Shown here: positions 57,863-64,000 of the stretch, piece by piece | Numbering within the stretch: position 1 is the stretch's first letter | Layout of the letters: the number at the start of each line of letters is the position of its first letter | Assembly: GCA_963799845.1 (NCBI GenBank) | Contig: CAWCYI010000004.1 | Span: forward strand, 800,001 to 864,000 | Length of the DNA: 64,000 bases | Direction of reading: 5' to 3' | Source: an uncultured Nitrososphaerota archaeon | Lineage (GTDB): Archaea; Thermoproteota; Nitrososphaeria; Nitrososphaerales; CADDZS01 | Made by a program: the position numbers and the translations under genes | Notes under the pieces: generated by a model | Databases searched by the model: none | Told to the model about the DNA's origin: nothing | Seen by the model: the letters and a program-made list of their open reading frames with translations, nothing else

Positions 57863-58384
57863 CTACTGAGCAATCAGTGAACCCGATACGGACTGTCCGT
57901 TTGCGAAGTTAATGACGTAGTTGAAGACTTGTCCTGTAGTGATCGGTTGTGCTGGTGCAGCATTCTCCGGATAGTAAGTAAATGATGTGACCGTTCCAGC
58001 GGCCATCGCGTTGTTGCCTGGGTGACTTGAAGTGAAGACGACCAAGTTGCCTCCGGTAGCAACGTTCGTATTGTTGTCCCACGCTGCGATAGTTGCTATA
58101 CCACTGCCCGTCATGGTCACCGAAGTGATGTATGTCGCTGAACCTGGGTTGTTAAGCGCAATTGTGAGGCTTGACGTTGCTGCTGCAGCTACAGTTGCGG
58201 TTGTCCCACCGTAGAGTGTTGCCGATGAGAGTGTTACTGTCTTCACGTTCGAACCGAACAGACCAAACGTGTAAGCTCCGACGACGAGTGCTAAGACGAG
58301 TGTTCCTGCGATCAGGATGATTGTTGCAATGACAGGAGTAACTCCTCTCTTGCTGTTCTTCATCCTAAGTCTTTGGGTGTTCAT
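57863..58384 (-). CDS. pilA: major archaeal type IV pilin
   Basis: SKRG/VTPVIATIILIAGTLVLALVVG; paralog of 29993..30391. Confidence 0.92.
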   Translation of the reverse strand: MNTQRLRMKNSKRGVTPVIATIILIAGTLVLALVVGAYTFGLFGSNVKTVTLSSATLYGGTTATVAAAATSSLTIALNNPGSATYITSVTMTGSGIATIAAWDNNTNVATGGNLVVFTSSHPGNNAMAAGTVTSFTYYPENAAPAQPITTGQVFNYVINFANGQSVSGSLIAQ

Positions 58385-59369
58385 GAGAGTGAAATCTCTC
58401 CGTCGTAATATTAGGTCTTAGGAAGATACACTTTTGATTGAAGACTCAGGGCCGTAGTACGAAGAGCATATGATATATCGGATGTTGAGTCTTGACATTT
58501 GTACAACGAACGCCTAGGAATCGAGATTCGTTACATCGAAAAACCATTTTCCAAATAAAAAGACGATGGCTGCGATCAGGGCAAGATATTTGTCTGATTT
58601 CCATGATTCAGCTAAGTTCCATCTGAATAGAGCTGATTCAATTGTGAGGATAAAGTACCACAAAGACCAAAATCTTGAGCAGGTAATTGAGGCCGTTGTC
58701 AAACAGACTTGGTGAACGAAAGAAATGACAGCGTAACAAATCCAATCAAATCGAAGCACTAAGAAGATACTTAGCTTTATCAACAATAAACTCTCCCGGT
58801 GTGCGCACCTCTCTACAATGCTCCCTTTCTCTAGTGCAAATCGTTCGATACCTGAGGCGAATACGCGATTTTCAATCGGCGAATAATATCTTGTCTCCTG
58901 AGAGAGAACTCTATGAGAAATGCCGATATCAAAGCGTATAGGACTCCTAACATCCCAAACACCATAATAAAAGCCACGTGGATTGCATATAGTGCATACG
59001 ACTCTTCACCCAATATTGTGAACTTGCTCAAAATATTAGGCGGATGCGCGACTATTGCCGAAAATCCTACAAGTGTAAAGCAGTAGAATACAATCGCGAA
59101 TGGATAAGGAGCAGAGTAAATGTTCGCAAAAGGAAAAGGAGTGGAGAAAATATTCAACGGATTTACGAAATTTGAGAATATCAGACCAGAGATGCCTAAT
59201 AGAGCAAGCCACCCCAAGTTGGAAGAAATCTTGTCACAATATGCGAATATTCCCAACGCATATGCAATACCAGCGACAGGAATGAATGTCTGAAGGTACG
59301 GCAAACCATATTGTCCGTTCGAAGAGTACGCGTACCCCAACAAGAACGCTACTCCTACGAACGTAACTA

Positions 59370-60493
59370 ACCTGGCCGACATAAATTATTAGACTGAAAG
59401 GGCCACAGACCTAGACATTCTCATTTTTGGCCAACTTCCCTTCCTATCTCAGGTTGTATGTCTCGATTACAGGCACCGAAGGAGATTGTTGAAGAGGCTT
59501 ATAGAGAGGAGAGGGACGCAAACGTAAGCAAGAGGATATTCCTCGTTCTGAAGGTCAAGTACGAGGGTGTCCCGGCGTCGCACGTAGCAAGGGAAGTTCA
59601 CCGGCACAAATCATGGACGACACCGTGGCTTAGACGTTTCGAGAAAGATGGGCTAGAAGGACTCAAGACGATGGAAAGGAGCGGGAGACCTCCGAAGCTC
59701 GATCACAACAAGTTCATTGCGGTGAAGAGGAAGGTCGTGAAGAACGAATGCGGCTGGACCGTGAAGGAGGTCAGGGAGATGATCCGCAAGGAAGCAGACG
59801 TGGCATACACTGAGAGACACATCTACAGGTTGATGCAGAAGTGGGGAGTGAGAGCAATTGTCCCTGACAAGAGGTTACTTCACAAGGCTTCCCTCGAAGA
59901 GAGGCTCGAATTTAAAAAAGGACCGCAAGACTCCTCAGGAATATCCCGGAAGGCTTCACCGTAGCATCCGAAGACGAATCAATCTTCGTCCAGAACATAG
60001 AAACCAAAAGGGTGTGGGCGGTCAAAGGGATTCGACCGATTCGGATTGTGTCAGGCTCGCACGGCAACACCGTGGTGTTTGGAGCGATCAGCCTGGACGG
60101 GACACAAATCTTCAGGCAGTACGAGAAATTCAATGGCGAGACATTCCTCGACTACCTGAAGAAGGTGCACAGGAAGTTTGGATCACTCTATCTCTTCCTT
60201 GACAAAGCAAGGCAACACCACAAAACCAGGATCGTAACTGATTATTTGGGTAAGAACAGGAAGACTCTCAGAGTCAGATGGATCCCGACAGCTTCGCCAG
60301 AGTTCAACATGATGGAGGAGTGTTGGCGCGAGGGTGAGAAGGATCTCTCAAGGCTTCCAACCTTTCCGACGTCATTGAAAGAACTGAAATCAATCCTGGC
60401 AGAATACTATCGAACGCGAAGGTTTTGCTCGCATCTTGACATGAAGAAATTCCTTCTGACCAACAGGTGTCTATGAACTTATGTCGGCCAGGT
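59370..60493 (+). mobile_element. IS630-family insertion sequence with TA duplication
   Basis: 25-bp IRs with 3 mismatches (ACCTGGCCGACATAA...TAGAC); TA at 59368-59369 and 60494-60495. Confidence 0.92.
59458..60476 (+). CDS. tnp: IS630 transposase, two ORFs joined by probable programmed -1 frameshift
   Basis: HTH ORF 59458..59964; TTTAAAAAAG slippery site at 59911-59920; EDES, LFLDKA and SPEFNMMEECW DDE motifs. Confidence 0.88.
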
Positions 60494-61801
60494 TATACTT
60501 GCAAGTATGATCTTCTGATTTACCCTAAGTCTACTAATTATTGGAATCAGTAGGTAGACTGCCTCTTCAAGTTGCAGTGTCCAGAATATGGCTGCTGGCA
60601 CGTATCCGAGTGGGTTTACATAATATTCGACAAAGAAAAGATATCTTACGAAAGCCCAAAATGGAATGTGAAATAGGAAGTAGAAACTAATGATTGAACC
60701 ATAATAAATTGGCCAGATTCGGAGGATCCGTCTTTTGAAGTAGTGTTTCAAGTCGGGCTTTGTTTTTAGGCTGTTCAGAAGAAGGTACATGCTCAGCATA
60801 AAGAAAATTGGGACACCAAGATAGCCAAGCAAGATAAAACCAAAAACCAGAGTCGGAAAGTCAAAGTATCCGCCCATGTGAAATACCACTACGCTGAGCG
60901 CAGCTATTCCTCTCAATCCTGAAAGTCTCGGATCGAAGTTGTGGGTCGGAAGCTTAATTGTGGACTTTGCAGTGATCGTTTCTCTGGTCTGATGTGTCAT
61001 TTTACGCAGTCCAAGATTCGATAAGACATTTTTCAGCATGATGCATTCAAGCTCTTTGGACCGCGATTTTTGGAAATTGTCTACCAAAGAAAAATGAGGT
61101 AGAGGGAACACCGAGTTATGAAAGGAGTAATCTTTTCTTTCCCGCAGTTGCGATCCATTGCGTTTCTATGAGTAATCGGTACGTCGACGCTCTTATATCG
61201 GTGATGCAGTTAGGATTCATGAACTCGCATCCATTACGGTCAAAAGTTGAGTCAAAGAAGTTACCTTGTATTTCATCTTGAAATTTCAGGAGAATTTAGG
61301 GCTATCTTGAATTGAGTTATGGTACTTGCTTAGTGGCGTAGAGCCACTAAGAATCATCTCCAGGGAGCTGAACGAGTCGATCGCGCACGCAAAGATAATA
61401 GGAAAGCTAAGATCTACATGGACGCACATTAGAGTCCGAACGAACGGTTTGGTTCCGCTACACATTCAATTATCAAAAGTGTCAGTTATATCTAATCACA
61501 GTATATTTGGAAGATAGTTGTTCCAGAGCAATTCGAAATCATTAAGCAAGTTTTACCCACGTCTTTCCAACCAGGAAATATTATTGCTAACTAAGATCAC
61601 GCCCGTCATTAATGGAGGATTTTGATAGTATTCTGAACTACAGATCGGTACCCCAAGACTGGGTCGCGAAGAAATGAGCCCAAATCTTTAGGATTGATAT
61701 TTCATGCATTCATTAATTTTTTTATAATCCGAAACGAGAATCAGTATATCGCGTCCACAACCACTATTAAAAAAAGTAGGAGCACATTTCTCGTTTCATA
61801 C

Positions 61802-64000
61802 TTGAATAGTTGTTTCGATAATTGGACTGATCGTGCTCGACCAACGAACTGTCGAATGATTCTTCTTACAAGTGCCTTACTCTTTATCTTTTTGAGCGTA
61901 ACTTTCATGTCTCCATCATTTGTAGAAATGAAATCCTCATCAGCTGTTGCTCAGACTGGACTCGCGTTGGAGTTGAGTGTCCGTCCTCCAGTACTTCCTG
62001 CCGATGGGGGCAGCTACCAAGCGATAGTTCTTGAACTCATGAATCTTACTTCCGGGAAACCGTACATTCCGGCGTCGGATGTTCCAATTTATCTTACGTC
62101 TTCGAGTCCCCAGACTGGCACGGTTCCCAGCGAAGTAACTTTCAGCGCCGGCAGTTTGTTTGAAGTCGTTAATTTCACTACAACAACTTTGCCCGGAAAA
62201 ACTACTATCAGCGGAGTAGCCTCAGGCTATCAACTCGGCAGCTTATCGGTGACCACTAAGACAATTGGAGGAATTCCCAATGCTTTGCAAGTTTTCTTGA
62301 GTCCTGATGTAATACCACCAGACAAGAGCGTTAATTCTCAAGTGATCGTTGAAGCAGTCGACGCCTTTGGGAATCCTGTGGATCTGGACAGCAGTTTGAA
62401 TGTTGCCTTGTCGTCCTCTGACACTCAGATTGGAACAGTTCCTTCGTCTCTTACTATTCCTTCCGGCCAAAGTTTTGGGACAACAGAGTTTTCGCCAACT
62501 TATATCGCGGGTGTGACAACAATTACTGCTTCCGCAGGAAATTATACCACCGGATCGGCAGTTATGAATACAGTAGGACCTATTGCTAGAAGATTGGTCT
62601 TATCGGGACCTTTGACTATTCCGGCAGCCTCGGGTCAAACTGCGCTTATCTCCATACAATTGCAAGACAACAATAGTCAGACCCCAGCGCTCGCTCCTTT
62701 GCCTGTAAGCTTGGTCTTAACAACTAACAACACTGCCGTCGCGGATGTGTCAAGCACAACTCAGACAATTCCTTCCGGCTCATCGTATACCACGATTACA
62801 ATAACTTCGGGAGGTGGTGCTGGCACAGCAAACATCACGGCTTCCGCTCAAGGTTATGTTAAGGGTTCAATTCTAGTTCAGGCCATCGCAGCATCACCCT
62901 CGCCCAATGAGCTATCAGAGTATTTTGTGCCGAACACCCTATTGCCTAACAATGCTACATATTCGGGTGCATTAGTGGTTCAGCTAGAATTTCATAATAG
63001 CACAAGCGGTACAACAGTGCCGGCAGTTGCTCAGAATCCACTGTCCATCTATGCACGGTCGTCAAATAATGCAACAATGCAGGTCGCGACGCAATTTCAG
63101 GGGAGCCAGAATTCCGGAATTATCAATACAGGTGAGTCAGAAGTAGCAATAAGTGTAGCATCCACGTTCTTACCCGGGACCTCTGAAATAACAGCTCAAA
63201 GTCCGGGCCTCGCATCCTCGACAGCAGGCCTACTGTCCTTTGGCCCTGCCCCAAATACTCTAAGTGTAAGTTTCGCTCCATGGACATTACTTTCTGACGG
63301 GAGGACCTATTCACCAGTGACGGTTGGTCTAATTGACAATTCGACAGGTCAGCCTGCCCGGGCACCGGTGAATACAATTGTAAATCTTGCTAGCACAATT
63401 TCGAGCGTTGGAAAAGTCGAAGGAAGTGTAACTATTCCTGCGGGTCAGACTTATGCAAGAGCAACATTCACAACTTTTGCCGTCAATGGCTCGACGCTGA
63501 TAACTGCTAGTGCATCGAACTACACGTCAACAAATGCAACGCTTAACTTAGTGACGAAGGCCGCCACAAGTCTAGGTCTTTATGCCACTCCAAGTTTGGT
63601 TCTCGGAAATGGACAAGAGTTTTCGAATATCGTAGTTCAGTTGCAAGACTCGAAAGGAAACCCAGAGAAAACAGATGCTCCTATCACGGTGAGGCTTTCA
63701 GTTCTAAACTCATCTGTAGGTTCGGTTCCACCTGAGGCCGTTATCCCAGCAGGGAATACATTCACACAAATAGAATTGAATTCTTCTTTGTTGGCAGGCT
63801 CTACAAATATCACAGCCGTGGCGACCGGTTTTCAAGCAGGACAGGCCGAATTCATGAGTTTTGAACTCCCCATGAATGTTTCATCATCTATCTTGAATCC
63901 ACATCTGTATCCTGGTGAACGCACGAATATCACGATCCTAGCCATGTCTGATGGGAATCCAATCTTTGGTGCCAACGTAAATTGGTCTATAGTTACAGGC
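61802..64000 (+). CDS. multi-Ig-like surface protein, paralog of 30658..33218 (runs off the window end)
   Basis: read by hand: signal peptide, then RPPVLPADGGSY, LTSSSPQTGTVPS, IQLQDNNSQTPALA; same frame at the window end; start TTG 61802 or ATG 61856. Confidence 0.85.
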   Translation, partial: MNSCFDNWTDRARPTNCRMILLTSALLFIFLSVTFMSPSFVEMKSSSAVAQTGLALELSVRPPVLPADGGSYQAIVLELMNLTSGKPYIPASDVPIYLTSSSPQTGTVPSEVTFSAGSLFEVVNFTTTTLPGKTTISGVASGYQLGSLSVTTKTIGGIPNALQVFLSPDVIPPDKSVNSQVIVEAVDAFGNPVDLDSSLNVALSSSDTQIGTVPSSLTIPSGQSFGTTEFSPTYIAGVTTITASAGNYTTGSAVMNTVGPIARRLVLSGPLTIPAASGQTALISIQLQDNNSQTPALAPLPVSLVLTTNNTAVADVSSTTQTIPSGSSYTTITITSGGGAGTANITASAQGYVKGSILVQAIAASPSPNELSEYFVPNTLLPNNATYSGALVVQLEFHNSTSGTTVPAVAQNPLSIYARSSNNATMQVATQFQGSQNSGIINTGESEVAISVASTFLPGTSEITAQSPGLASSTAGLLSFGPAPNTLSVSFAPWTLLSDGRTYSPVTVGLIDNSTGQPARAPVNTIVNLASTISSVGKVEGSVTIPAGQTYARATFTTFAVNGSTLITASASNYTSTNATLNLVTKAATSLGLYATPSLVLGNGQEFSNIVVQLQDSKGNPEKTDAPITVRLSVLNSSVGSVPPEAVIPAGNTFTQIELNSSLLAGSTNITAVATGFQAGQAEFMSFELPMNVSSSILNPHLYPGERTNITILAMSDGNPIFGANVNWSIVTG

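Larger units (their letters stand above)
58831..61000 (-). pseudogene. acyltransferase-3 (OafA-like) membrane O-acyltransferase interrupted by IS630
   Basis: LSGLRGIAALSVVVFH, GVPIFFMLS, RRILRIWP, FWTLQLEE and LGEESYALYAIH motifs; the halves rejoin in frame when the IS is removed. Confidence 0.88.

Noticed and set aside
58460-58490. Operator copy upstream of the second major pilin (also half-sites near 61195 and 61746)
   Set aside because: Only half-sites (TATATCG) or a degenerate arm; not distinguishable from TATA-like background
58514-58786. Hydrophobic 90-aa ORF upstream of the second pilin
   Set aside because: TTG start and no recognisable motif; may be a gene remnant but cannot be supported

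Overview
Archaeal DNA, probably a Nitrososphaerota/Thaumarchaeota relative (inferred from class III archaeal prepilins, a PilB/PilC pair, PIN/VapB modules and a DUF3227/NitrOD5-like gene). The window is a cell-surface accessory island. It holds two paralogous type IV pilin cassettes (27.2-30.4 kb, next to the only assembly ATPase and platform genes; and 52.6-58.4 kb, with no motor), each divergent from a paralogous Ig-like surface protein. It also holds a ~16 kb gene (6331-22402, ~5,350 aa after repairing 4 frame breaks) for a giant Ser/Thr/Cys repeat adhesin, several secreted beta-proteins, a DUF1326-DUF2182-cupredoxin cluster, eight VapBC-type loci (several with decayed toxins) and two IS elements (IS481-like with 15-bp target duplication; IS630-like splitting an acyltransferase). 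About 15 single-base frame breaks suggest long-read assembly errors. The main leads are: (1) a ~370-nt non-coding, multi-hairpin element at 43.0-43.4 kb with strand-biased G-U pairs, a candidate new ncRNA; (2) a TATCG-N5-CGATA palindrome upstream of the adhesin, the major pilin, a PadR gene and a secreted-protein gene; (3) a Cys-paired domain shared by the giant adhesin and a large pilin; (4) a pilin carrying HHVGCGCG at the centre of a symmetric poly-Thr insert. No rRNA, tRNA or CRISPR array was recognised. All family calls are from motif recognition by eye, not database searches.
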